From: Candidatus Aenigmatarchaeota archaeon
GTDB lineage: Archaea > Aenigmatarchaeota > Aenigmatarchaeia > CG10238-14 > SCSR01
Length of the DNA: 64,000 bases
Assembly: GCA_018920185.1 (NCBI GenBank)
Contig: JAHLMT010000003.1
Span: 2,055-66,054, forward strand
Reading direction: 5' to 3'
Shown here: one piece after another, positions 47,308 through 56,297 of the stretch
Layout: each line of letters begins with the position of its first letter
Position numbering within the stretch: the stretch's first letter is position 1
Notes under the pieces: generated by a model
Database searches by the model: none
What the model was told of the DNA's origin: nothing
What the model saw: the letters and a program-made list of their open reading frames with translations, nothing else
Made by a program: the position numbers and the translations under genes

Positions 47308-47846
47308 TGCCAACATTTTTTGAGACAGCTATACTAAAGCTTCAGTCGTTAGGGTTCTTCAAGTTCTTGTTACCATTCATTTTAACAGCTGCAATAATTT
47401 ATGGAGGTTTGAGAAGAGCGCAGTTATTTGGGGAACCTGAGAAAAATGTTGCTGTGAATGCTATTGTAGCTTTTGTCATCAGCTTGTTTGTATGGGCTGC
47501 ACCGATAATTCTTGGGATAGATATAGAATCAAAACTTTCAGCATTCTTTATCCAAGGGTTTAGCGTCTCGTTGATTGTTTTGATAGCATTGCTTTTAGCT
47601 GGAATGTTCTTTCCACCAGATCTGGCAAAGAATTTGGGTGAGAGGATGAAAACACCCGTCTTTTGGGGAGGAGTTGTTATAGTTGCTTTAATTATTGGTG
47701 GTGTGATTCTTATCTCTAGCGGGCTGGGGTCAGTCTTGTTTCCGAGAGGAATAGGCATTAAACTTTCGTCAGATTTTGTTATGTCTGTGGTGGCTCTGAT
47801 AGCTCTAGTTGCGATTGTAGCTGTCGTTGTTCGAGTGGCTAAGTGA
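47307..47846 (+). CDS. membrane protein, FLLPFIL-motif family
   Basis: 179 aa, the same length as its neighbour. FKFLLPFILTAAIIYGGLRRAQLFGEP is present. Its start overlaps the upstream stop (TAATG). Confidence 0.55.
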   Translation: MPTFFETAILKLQSLGFFKFLLPFILTAAIIYGGLRRAQLFGEPEKNVAVNAIVAFVISLFVWAAPIILGIDIESKLSAFFIQGFSVSLIVLIALLLAGMFFPPDLAKNLGERMKTPVFWGGVVIVALIIGGVILISSGLGSVLFPRGIGIKLSSDFVMSVVALIALVAIVAVVVRVAK

Positions 47847-47887
47847 TATATTTAAATCTTTAGAAAAGAAATTATAATCAGTTGAAA

Positions 47888-48535
47888 ATGAGGACTGGAT
47901 TGATTTCGAAAGTTGGTTTGAGTTTTCTTGTTAGTTTGCTGACACTTTCAGGTATTGTTTTTGCTCAAGGAATGCAGGATCTTATCAGTACTTTAAAGGA
48001 AATTGGGGTTTTCCAGTTTTATCTTCCTTTCTTACTCACTTTCTCTATTCTATATGCTCTGTTCTTAAAGGCAAAGGTATTTGGCGAGAACAAAGGTCTT
48101 GTTACCATAATTGCATTGGCTGCATCTGCTTTCATTATGATTTATACACCTGTGGGTATAACATTTAGTCAATTTCTGACTAATTTTGTAGGAAATACTG
48201 TTGTTGTAATTTTCACAATTGTTATGGTTTTATTATTTGCTAATTTGTTAACAGAAGGTGGTATCGATATTTCAAAAATATTTGGGGAAAAAAATAAACC
48301 AAATATCGGAACCATAGCAATAGCTGGATTGTTGCTGTTGTTAGTCGTTTTTGGTGTATTCATTGCCAGTGGTGGGTCGACGATATTTCCAGGAATTAAA
48401 TTAGGTGCTAAGCCTCTTTTTGAAGCTATAGGTGGGGTGAGTACAACTACTCTAGCTATAATTGTTCTAATATTTGGTACTGCACTAATTGTTTGGTTGT
48501 TTGCCAAAGGACAACCTGCTGCTCAGAAAGCATAA
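47888..48535 (+). CDS. membrane protein, FLLPFIL-motif family, with extra N-terminal signal/TM segment
   Basis: The track start at 47882 is TTG; the ATG at 47888 gives MRTGLISKVGLSFLVSLLTLSGIVFAQG, followed by FQFYLPFLLTFSILYALFLKAKVFGEN. Confidence 0.55.
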   Translation: MRTGLISKVGLSFLVSLLTLSGIVFAQGMQDLISTLKEIGVFQFYLPFLLTFSILYALFLKAKVFGENKGLVTIIALAASAFIMIYTPVGITFSQFLTNFVGNTVVVIFTIVMVLLFANLLTEGGIDISKIFGEKNKPNIGTIAIAGLLLLLVVFGVFIASGGSTIFPGIKLGAKPLFEAIGGVSTTTLAIIVLIFGTALIVWLFAKGQPAAQKA

Positions 48536-48579
48536 TATCTACACATAACTTTATAAAATGAGATCTACTACAAATTATT

Positions 48580-49548
48580 ATGTCTACTATGGTCAGTAGG
48601 GGAGATTACAAGTTAGATGGCATCCTAGGTCCTACAGTTGAGTATAAAGTTGCTGATGTTGGATTTGCTAAAGTGATTACACCACTCAAAGATACATTAG
48701 ATGATTCTATTGTTTCTTTAGCGGAAGCTGCCCATGAGGACAGTATAAAAGTTTATGATAGATATGGATTAGGATCATTAAGTACTTATCTTGAGCGTGG
48801 GTTGAAAAGAAAGGCGAGAGAATTTGTGAGAAAAAAAGCGCAAGGTGGGAGATATACGCTCGGATCAGTTACTATTCCAAAAGGTGAGAGACCAGTATTC
48901 TTAGAGCCAATAGACCCTCTCGGATATTCCTTGATATTTTCCCCGGATACTTCTAGATCAAATGTGTGCCACATAGATATCGGGAGGGTATATAAACCTG
49001 CCGGATATTACATCCCACATGGCTATGGTCACCCACTAGAAGGTGTGGCTGTAATTGATGCCACAAAATATCTGCCCCATGAGGAAGAAAGACAAATCGA
49101 TATGATAGAAAGAAGTATCAGAGAACAAATTAAGTTTTATAGAATGTTTGGAGAATTGTTTGAAATTGATGTTAGAGTGCCCGTTGATTTACGAGAGCGT
49201 ATTAGAAATAGGTTAAGAGAAAATTATTGTTTGGATGATTTGGCTGTTGGTGTACACGAAGCTATAGGTCATTATGAACAAGATGCAAGAGGAATGTTGA
49301 ACCCTAGGACTGCAGCGTTATTAGGCACTATTCCCATATATGACAGGAATCTTGTTGAAGCACAAAATGTTAAGCAAACGGCTGAAGTCATAGGTTATGA
49401 GGTTGGTTACAGTAACTTGATGCCTTTCTATAATGAGTTTGTAACAAGAACTGGATTGGAGCCTAATGATTTACTTGTTATTGATCCAGAAATAAGAGCG
49501 ATGAGAGAAGCACAATATAGAGAATTTATTAAAAGCAAGATGAATTAA
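48580..49548 (+). CDS. hypothetical soluble protein with HExxH motif
   Basis: 322 aa with no TM. VGVHEAIGHYE is the only recognisable motif; a possible metallopeptidase, unverified. Confidence 0.4.
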   Translation: MSTMVSRGDYKLDGILGPTVEYKVADVGFAKVITPLKDTLDDSIVSLAEAAHEDSIKVYDRYGLGSLSTYLERGLKRKAREFVRKKAQGGRYTLGSVTIPKGERPVFLEPIDPLGYSLIFSPDTSRSNVCHIDIGRVYKPAGYYIPHGYGHPLEGVAVIDATKYLPHEEERQIDMIERSIREQIKFYRMFGELFEIDVRVPVDLRERIRNRLRENYCLDDLAVGVHEAIGHYEQDARGMLNPRTAALLGTIPIYDRNLVEAQNVKQTAEVIGYEVGYSNLMPFYNEFVTRTGLEPNDLLVIDPEIRAMREAQYREFIKSKMN

Positions 49549-50294
49549 GCAGCTTTGTTTTTTTCTAAGTATTCTTTTTCAGTGAAATGAAGCTTTCCTG
49601 GAATAATTATTACAGCTGGTATATCCAGGATGTCGGTTTTAATTAAACCATCAACACTATTGTAAGCTATTTTAGAGCTATCAGAACCTGCCTTAGTAAA
49701 AACCACGATTTTATTTTCTTTGGTGACAACATTTCCTTTTAACAGAATTTCTAATCCTTGTTTAACTGTCATGAATTTGTTTTCTTCAGCTATCACATCT
49801 AGTAAGCATAAGGTGTGCAACTCTCTTTTTTTGTTTTCTCTAATAACATTAAAAACAGATTCAGGTAATTTACCTTTAGTTTTTTCTGGGAATGGAATTG
49901 TGACATAAGGGCCGAATTTCTGAGCATGTAAACCTGTTTCAGCAATAGCAGATAAAATAGAAGCGTTGTGTATAACTTTTGATTTTATTCCGAGTTTTTT
50001 TGCTTCCATCAGCAGTGAAGAATGCGTTGTTTGAATCAAAGGATCTCCTTGGACAAAAATTATTACTTTCTTGTTTTTAGCTTCTTCTAGAATTTTATTA
50101 GAATTTTCTTCCAGATCTTTCCTTTTTAGTTCGGTTATTTCTCTGCCAAGTATCTTTTCTAGGTTCTTTAAATTACCGTACCATTTGCTTGTGTAAAGCT
50201 CGATGTAAATTCTATCAGAATTTTTCGCTTCTTCTACAGCACGTAAAGAAATGTCATTTTCGTTAAATAACCCTAATCCTATTAAAGTGAGCAT
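49545..50294 (-). CDS. dph5: diphthine synthase
   Basis: 249 aa. MLTLIGLGL..DISLRAVEEAK..D.IYIELYTS and GDPL..TTH are typical of the tetrapyrrole-methylase-fold DphB/Dph5. Confidence 0.9.
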   Translation of the reverse strand: MLTLIGLGLFNENDISLRAVEEAKNSDRIYIELYTSKWYGNLKNLEKILGREITELKRKDLEENSNKILEEAKNKKVIIFVQGDPLIQTTHSSLLMEAKKLGIKSKVIHNASILSAIAETGLHAQKFGPYVTIPFPEKTKGKLPESVFNVIRENKKRELHTLCLLDVIAEENKFMTVKQGLEILLKGNVVTKENKIVVFTKAGSDSSKIAYNSVDGLIKTDILDIPAVIIIPGKLHFTEKEYLEKNKAA

Positions 50295-50323
50295 AAAGAA
50301 AATTTAACCGATAAAAATAAAGC

Positions 50324-50779
50324 TTACCACCAGCCTCTTGTACGACCGTAATTGTGAACTATATTGTATCCATTTACAGCGATTTGTCGCATGCAATTAC
50401 CAATTCTTCCATAAACACCATTCCTATGACCAAGGTAAAGTAAATAAGGAAGTGTAACTATAGAAGCTCCTACAATACTTCCATCTGCTAATCTCATAAG
50501 CCGGTATGTCTTGATAATGTGGCAGACTTACTATAGGTAAACGGTGAGTTAATATTTCGATTAATAGTTCTAAGGCTGTGAATAAATGCTGTTGGAATGC
50601 CACTTACTAACCCTACGGTTTCTACGGCGCCCATCCCCACCTCTAATTAAAGCTGTATTAAAACCGTTATGTAGGTTTAGTATTGTTTGAACCAGTAGAC
50701 CAGTAAAAAACTCCGCTAACAAAACTCCTGGCCTGAGCAATCTTCTTTCTAAATCATTAAATGGCTGATTTTGCTGCAT
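50324..50779 (-). pseudogene. possible degraded gene (three frame-shifted ORF pieces)
   Basis: The 69-aa ORF at 50570..50779 is followed on the same strand by two shorter reading-frame pieces in the other frames: ..GMGAVETVGLVSGIPTAFIHSL.. and MRLADGSIVGASIVTLPYLLYLGH... Together they fill an otherwise gene-free 500 bp. No family recognised. Confidence 0.25.
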
Positions 50780-50796
50780 TTTATCCTCCTGTCATA

Positions 50797-51249
50797 CTAT
50801 GATGACGATACTTTAGATTGTTGTCGCTTTTTATATTCTTCTTCAAGATCCTCAATTGTATCTAAGAACCATTTTATTAAACTTCTTTTTTCTTTTGTAG
50901 GATCTTGTGGGTACTTTGCCCAATCTTTTTTTCTTCTTCCTTTAAACCATCCATAATATAACAATCCAGCTACACCCAAGCCAAACAAACCTCCAAATAA
51001 AGCTCCTAGAGCTAAAGAGTTTAATGTGGCAAGTCCTGTACTAGTTGTTAAATATGGTAAAACCGATGTTGTATATCCACCAAAGGAAGCGGCGCCTAAC
51101 AGACCTCCTAAAGAAGAACCTGTCCTTAAAGGATGTTTTTTGATATTTTCATAAATGTTTTTAGGACTAAAATCAAGCTCCTCCCACAAGGGGTTTCTTT
51201 GATATAAAACTCCTTCTCGGTAGAGTGATTTAATAGCTTCTATAGACAT
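50797..51249 (-). CDS. hypothetical protein with central Gly-rich hydrophobic region
   Basis: 150 aa with GGLLGAASFGG...LALGALFGGLFGLGVAGLLYYGW and a charged C-terminus. Confidence 0.45.
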   Translation of the reverse strand: MSIEAIKSLYREGVLYQRNPLWEELDFSPKNIYENIKKHPLRTGSSLGGLLGAASFGGYTTSVLPYLTTSTGLATLNSLALGALFGGLFGLGVAGLLYYGWFKGRRKKDWAKYPQDPTKEKRSLIKWFLDTIEDLEEEYKKRQQSKVSSS

Positions 51250-51341
51250 ATTTACTACTAATAGGTAACATTATTTAAACATTTGTATACTACAGTATAT
51301 ACTTATGAGATTCTTATAATTGAGGAAGTAAAATAGTAGCT

Positions 51342-51710
51342 ATGCAAGAAGCTATAGTAAAATATATAATTTGGATTTTATTGGGTATTGTTGGTATTGT
51401 TATAACATTCTGGGTATTTGGTGCCGAATTACCACTCTATCTAATTCTTGCAGTTGGGGGTTTGATTGTGTATATCTATTCAGAAAATCCCAATTGGAAG
51501 TTTATAGGTGGGTTTATTGGAAGATTTTTCGCGACATTATTCATTGTTAGCTTGATTTATTATTTTGGGACAAAAACATTCTTTCCTGTCGATCCGTTTA
51601 ACTTTAAGTTTATGAAAATAGGTTTGCAATTCACTGTAGATTTCTTTAATTGGTTAGCTAACTTTATCGGAAAATTGGTTTTAAGTTTAATTGATAAGAT
51701 TATTCCATGA
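51342..51710 (+). CDS. small membrane protein (about 3-4 TM)
   Basis: 122-aa hydrophobic ORF with a 4-nt overlap with the trm5 start. Confidence 0.45.
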   Translation: MQEAIVKYIIWILLGIVGIVITFWVFGAELPLYLILAVGGLIVYIYSENPNWKFIGGFIGRFFATLFIVSLIYYFGTKTFFPVDPFNFKFMKIGLQFTVDFFNWLANFIGKLVLSLIDKIIP

Positions 51711-52558
51711 AACCACTTATGAGATTACTTGAAGGTAAATTAAACGATAAAGAGTTGGAGCTAGTTCCGAGAAGCTACGACATCATCGGTTCTAAAAACA
51801 AGGCTGTTGCTATAATCGAAATTCCCAAAGAAATAAAAAACAGAAAAGAACTTATTGCAGAAGCTGTAATGAAGCTGAACAAAAATGTGAAATCTGTTCT
51901 GAATAAAATTTCTGGTAGAAAAGGGACTTACAGACTAGAAGATTTGGAATTAATAGCTGGTGATAACAACACAGAAGTTATACATAAAGAACATGGTTAC
52001 TTGCTAAAGCTAGATCCACGAAAAGTTTTCTTCTCTCCAAGAGAAGCAACTGAAAGACAGAGAGTAGCATCGCAGGTGAGACCTGGTGAGAATGTTTTGG
52101 TGATGTTTAGCGGTATCGGACCGTATGCCATAGCTATTGCAAAAAAACAGCCAGAAATTGAGAAGGTATATTGTGTTGAGATTAATCCTGATGCACATGA
52201 GTATGCAGAAGAAAATGTGAGAATAAACAAATTAGCTCACAAAATAATGCTGATGAACGATAATGTTAAAAAAGTTTCGTCAAAATTAAAACTAAAATTC
52301 GACAGAATTGTCATGCCGATGGCAGTAGGCGGTGAGGAATTTTTGGATGTAGCATTCAAGCTAATTAAAGATGGTGGTATGATACATTTCTATTCAGTAG
52401 GGAAAGAAGATGATTTATTTATCGAAGCTGAAAAAACAGTTATACAAGTTGCTTTATCCAACAGGAAAAGAATTAAAATTGAGAATAGAGTTAAAGTACT
52501 TCCATTTGGGGTTAGAAAACATAAAATATGTTTAGATATACGTGCAGGGGTCCCGTAG
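51707..52558 (+). CDS. trm5: tRNA (guanine37-N1)-methyltransferase, Trm5/TYW2 family
   Basis: 283 aa with YDIIGS..AV, FSPREATERQRV, the SAM motif VLVMFSGIGPYAI, VEINPDA and DRIVMP. Confidence 0.8.
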   Translation: MKPLMRLLEGKLNDKELELVPRSYDIIGSKNKAVAIIEIPKEIKNRKELIAEAVMKLNKNVKSVLNKISGRKGTYRLEDLELIAGDNNTEVIHKEHGYLLKLDPRKVFFSPREATERQRVASQVRPGENVLVMFSGIGPYAIAIAKKQPEIEKVYCVEINPDAHEYAEENVRINKLAHKIMLMNDNVKKVSSKLKLKFDRIVMPMAVGGEEFLDVAFKLIKDGGMIHFYSVGKEDDLFIEAEKTVIQVALSNRKRIKIENRVKVLPFGVRKHKICLDIRAGVP

Positions 52559-52629
52559 TCTGGTCAATCGGGGTAGCTTCAGGGGCTACTGGCTTAGTGC
52601 CTTCGTGAGTTCAAATCTCACCCCCTGCA
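52544..52629 (+). tRNA. tRNA-Leu (CAG), class II
   Basis: 86 nt: GCAGGGG-TC-CCG-TAGTCTGGTCAAT-CGG-G-GTAGC-TTCAGGG-GCTAC-TGGCTTAGTGCCTTC-GTGAG-TTCAAAT-CTCAC-CCCCTGC-A. The long variable arm has a GGC/GCC stem. Confidence 0.85.
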
Positions 52630-52666
52630 TCCTGTTCTATTGTAGTGTGAAAAATGGAGCCTATCT
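52616..52666. repeat. 51-bp direct repeat copy 1 (att-like; includes last 14 nt of tRNA-Leu)
   Basis: tctcaccccctgcatcctgttctattgtagtgtgaaaaatggagcctatct is 50/51 identical to 53944-53994. Confidence 0.85.
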
Positions 52667-53943
52667 AAAAGCCAAATTAAGAATAGAGGAAAGTAGTGCA
52701 TTGGATGGTGATTTCGATCCTTAAAGAGAAAGGAATCTTAGCTAAAAGCGAATACTTGTGACCTTAAAATTAAAAGATTTGGAAGATTGTTAAGGAAGAA
52801 AATAGTAAGGTTGAGTTAAATGAGTAAGAAATTACCGATATTATGTTTAATCTGCAAGGCTTTTATTAATTTTGGAATCCAGATCTTGAGCTATAGAGAA
52901 TGCTGAGAAATTTTACAATTTGAGAAAAATAGAAATAATTCATGAGAATAAGAAATTAAAAGATTCAGTAAGCTATTCTAAGGCAGTGTAGATACCGATA
53001 CCAAACTATACTAACTAAATTAAAACAAAACTATTATCAATGAAAACTAAAAATAGTTCTATAAGATGATAAAATGGCTAGATTGATTGTAGCGATTGAC
53101 ACTTCTCATAACAAAAGATATTCTTGTGTTGTCTCTGGATTTGCAAATGATGCTGATAAATTACATAACGAAATTGATAAGATCTTAACAAAATATAATC
53201 AAAAAGGACCTTTTCACTGGAGAAAAATTCCAAGTAAAGTTAGAAGGGTGCTAGAAACGAAATTTACAAAATTATTAATTCCAGTAATTTGCATTTTACC
53301 GTTTTTGAGCACAAGAAACCATTTCCAGCTAATAGAATTGAATATTATTTAACTTTCGTTCCAAATTCAATTGCGAATACAATTGAGAGATGGCTTAAGA
53401 ATAAGTTTGGGACTGTTTTAATAAAAGTAGACAAGGATTATGAAGTTAAAGGAGTTGAGAAGGGAAGTGAAAAGTTTGTCAGAACTTTATTATTTCAAAT
53501 AGGATTTAGACTTGTTGGAACAAACATTCACATCAGAAAAAATCGAGACTTTACAGCAACTATAGGATTTCCAAATGGAAATGTGTTGGATTTTATCGCA
53601 AGTGTGTCTGATAGGAATCTGTCAAAAGAAATACAATTGGCTGATTTGGTCTTAGGCTATTATCTTTACGATAAAGTAGGACTAGAAAAGAATGTGAGAT
53701 TTATAAAAATATAAGGAATGAATAAAGGAACTCTCTCTTGCGAGAGAGAGCGAGCTTTCAAACCCGACCTTAGGTTACGTCCTTAAAGGACAGTTCCACA
53801 GGCGGTACAGCTCTAATAGATAAACAACTTCTACTAATATATAAAGGTTACTGATGGTATTGTTGCTGTTGATGAAATTGAAAGCTTAATATTTTATTCA
53901 TCTATACATCTACTAAGTTAAGCGCATTACAGTAGAGCTGGAT
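52667..53943. mobile_element. putative remnant of a tRNA-Leu-integrated element
   Basis: This ~1.28-kb segment is bounded by the 51-bp direct repeats. It holds ~400 bp with no ORF, a frameshifted DUF3800-like gene and a ctctctc-ttgc-gagagag hairpin. No integrase is present. Confidence 0.45.
53074..53714 (+). pseudogene. DUF3800-like gene split by a frameshift
   Basis: Two overlapping ORFs lie in different frames (53074..53352 and 53289..53714). N-terminal LIVAIDTSHN and C-terminal SKEIQLADLVLGYYLY resemble the DUF3800 D-x-S-G and Q-x-A-D motifs. The second frame is open from 53244. Confidence 0.45.
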
Positions 53944-53994
53944 TCTCACCTCCTGCATCCTGTTCTATTGTAGTGTGAAAAATGGAGCCTATCT
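53944..53994. repeat. 51-bp direct repeat copy 2 (att-like)
   Basis: tctcacctcctgcatcctgttctattgtagtgtgaaaaatggagcctatct has one mismatch to copy 1. The preceding sequence does not form the rest of a tRNA. Confidence 0.85.
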
Positions 53995-54091
53995 TCACTC
54001 ATTTTGGAATTCTTTTAACCTTGGAGAAAGTTTGAATTGATTTAGTTTAAGCATCCGAAATTTAAAAAACATTAAAACAAATAATGATGTT

Positions 54092-55246
54092 ATGGTAAGC
54101 TTTGAAATTACATCAATACTGCTGTTTATTATAATTGTAGGAAGTCTGTTATTAAAGGATAGAAAAAATATCACCTTTAAGTATGGTATCATTATCAGAA
54201 GGTGGACGAAAGGTTTGGAGCTTATAGACAAGCTTGTTAGACGATATCCTAAATTTGTGACATGGATAGGCAACATTGGTATAGCCGTCGGATTACTAGC
54301 TGGTCTGGTTGGGGTCGCGATTTTAATTTTTCTTACTGTAAGATTAGAACGAGCCTTTGGTTTAATTCTTCCTACTGCTGGTGGTTATCAGGTACCAGGT
54401 CCGGTATTTTCTATCCCATTTTGGTATTGGTTGCTTGCTATATTTATTATAGCTACGACTCATGAAACAATGCATGCAGTTTTCATTCGACTAGAAAAAG
54501 TTCCTGTGAAAAATTACGGCATACTAATGTTTTTACTTCTACCTATAGGTGCATTTGTCGATCCCGATAACAACCGAATAAAAAGATTGTCACTCATAAA
54601 AAAATTAAGAATATTTGCGGCCGGTAGCTTTGTAAACATCCTCACCAGCTTTGTGGCAATCGGACTACTAATTTCAAGTGCATTTGCCTTTACAATCGTC
54701 ACAGAATCGGTTGGTGTCGCAATTGATTCAGTTGCTGAAAATTCTCCTGCTGACAAAGCAAATCTTGAAGGAACTATTCTGCAAATTGATAACAAATCGA
54801 TTACAAATGTAATAGATTTTGTAAAGGCGTTGAACAATACAAAACCTGGTGACGAGATTGAAATTACTACAGATAAAGGAGAGTATAGATTAATCTTAGG
54901 GGAACATCCTGAAATTGAGAATAGGTCATATATTGGAGTGATGATAAGAAATTCCTATGAATATAATTTGTTTGGATTTAATGGTGTAGTACCTCTGATG
55001 TTTTTGAGAATATTTTTTACTGTAATGTCATTTCTTAACTGGTTGTTTTTGATAAGCATGGGTATTGGAATTGTTAATCTCTTACCCATCAAACCATTAG
55101 ACGGCGGATTGTTCTTTGGTGAGATATTTACAAAATTGTTCAAAGACAAAGGAAATTTTCTGATAAATCTCACGAGTATAGTTTTGATTGGCCTTCTTTT
55201 ATTTAATCTATTTGGCATACCATGGGTGAAAAATTTTATTGGATAA
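54092..55246 (+). CDS. M50 site-2 protease with PDZ domain
   Basis: 384 aa with HETMHAVF (HExxH), a PDZ-like segment SPADKANLEGTILQIDNKSI...KPGDEIEITT, and NLLPIKPLDGG. Confidence 0.8.
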   Translation: MVSFEITSILLFIIIVGSLLLKDRKNITFKYGIIIRRWTKGLELIDKLVRRYPKFVTWIGNIGIAVGLLAGLVGVAILIFLTVRLERAFGLILPTAGGYQVPGPVFSIPFWYWLLAIFIIATTHETMHAVFIRLEKVPVKNYGILMFLLLPIGAFVDPDNNRIKRLSLIKKLRIFAAGSFVNILTSFVAIGLLISSAFAFTIVTESVGVAIDSVAENSPADKANLEGTILQIDNKSITNVIDFVKALNNTKPGDEIEITTDKGEYRLILGEHPEIENRSYIGVMIRNSYEYNLFGFNGVVPLMFLRIFFTVMSFLNWLFLISMGIGIVNLLPIKPLDGGLFFGEIFTKLFKDKGNFLINLTSIVLIGLLLFNLFGIPWVKNFIG

Positions 55247-55790
55247 TTTCTGTTCTTCTAATTTCAAAATTTCTAATTGGATATATCTTTCTACCTTCTT
55301 TGAGGATTTTATTTTTAATCTCGTTAGATAACATTTTGTATAGAAATTCTTCAAGCGTGGATTCTTCCACTTCTTTCTTAGTTATGGACATCACAAAATT
55401 TCTTATTTTGGATGCTACACTACTTTTGGCTTTTTTAGGAACGATTATTAAGCTTTTGACACGGATTTTAACATTATCTCGAGTTGTCAGATCCTGTATA
55501 GAATCTAGTCTTTTGATTCTTCTCAAAACCATTCTAGCTATATAATCTTGTAAACACTCGGAACCGTAGAATTGTGTAAATGCTTTGTCGCTATCAACTG
55601 ATATTATTCTGAACTTGAGTTTGATATAATATTTGTTAATATCATTTGTCAAATCAACGGCGCTAATACTTAAAGTTTTGCCTATCAAGTTCTCTGGTGT
55701 ACTGGATAAAGTTTTGCCTATCTCTTTTTCACCAAAATATTTAGGAGCTAGAATTGTAAACCATTGCTTTCCTTTCAACTTTACAACCAT
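55236..55790 (-). CDS. rps3ae: ribosomal protein eS1 (S3Ae)
   Basis: 184 aa. KGKQWFTILAPKYFG is the typical S3Ae N-terminus. Confidence 0.85.
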   Translation of the reverse strand: MVVKLKGKQWFTILAPKYFGEKEIGKTLSSTPENLIGKTLSISAVDLTNDINKYYIKLKFRIISVDSDKAFTQFYGSECLQDYIARMVLRRIKRLDSIQDLTTRDNVKIRVKSLIIVPKKAKSSVASKIRNFVMSITKKEVEESTLEEFLYKMLSNEIKNKILKEGRKIYPIRNFEIRRTEIIQ

Positions 55791-55793
55791 AAC

Positions 55794-56255
55794 TCACCAT
55801 TTTTCTACAATCAGCCGAGCTTGTTCAGGGTCATAGCTCCATGTTTTAGGTAATCTTCCTGTTCTGACATAATATTTTGATAGACGCCTTATCTTCGATT
55901 CAAGATTTTCCAACCCACGTCGAGAATGTTTGTCCTTTTTATTAGCTTCTATATGCTTTCTCAATTTGACAGCTTTCTTCAATAAAAACATTAAATCTTC
56001 AGGAAAAGTTGGGTAAAGATTATTTTCTCTCATTATTTGTGATATTGACTTATGTGTGATGGCTGTGACATCTGGAATTCCATAAGAATCTCTTAGAATT
56101 GTACCTATCATTGCAGATGTGTATTTCTGTTTGGCTAAATTAATTATAAGCTTCTCGACATCTTCTTTTTTGTATTTTACCCATTTGGGTACAGTTTTAT
56201 ACGGAGGTCTATGACTGGACGATTTTCCTTTTTTCCTGGAATAAATTCTTGCCAT
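55794..56255 (-). CDS. rps15: ribosomal protein uS15 (S15P/S13e)
   Basis: 153 aa with [17 protein letters not shown] and the C-terminal [23 protein letters not shown]. Confidence 0.85.
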   Translation of the reverse strand: MARIYSRKKGKSSSHRPPYKTVPKWVKYKKEDVEKLIINLAKQKYTSAMIGTILRDSYGIPDVTAITHKSISQIMRENNLYPTFPEDLMFLLKKAVKLRKHIEANKKDKHSRRGLENLESKIRRLSKYYVRTGRLPKTWSYDPEQARLIVEKW

Positions 56256-56297
56256 AATTTCACTATTGAATTGTTTTAAAACTTATATTTCTTAGCT

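Noticed and set aside
52542-52724. 60-aa + strand ORF.
   Set aside because: It reads straight through tRNA-Leu and the att-like repeat, so it is an artefact of the ORF finder.
53995-54276. 93-aa minus-strand ORF.
   Set aside because: It overlaps the start of the M50/PDZ protease gene in antisense and begins immediately next to the second att-like repeat copy. It has no motif.
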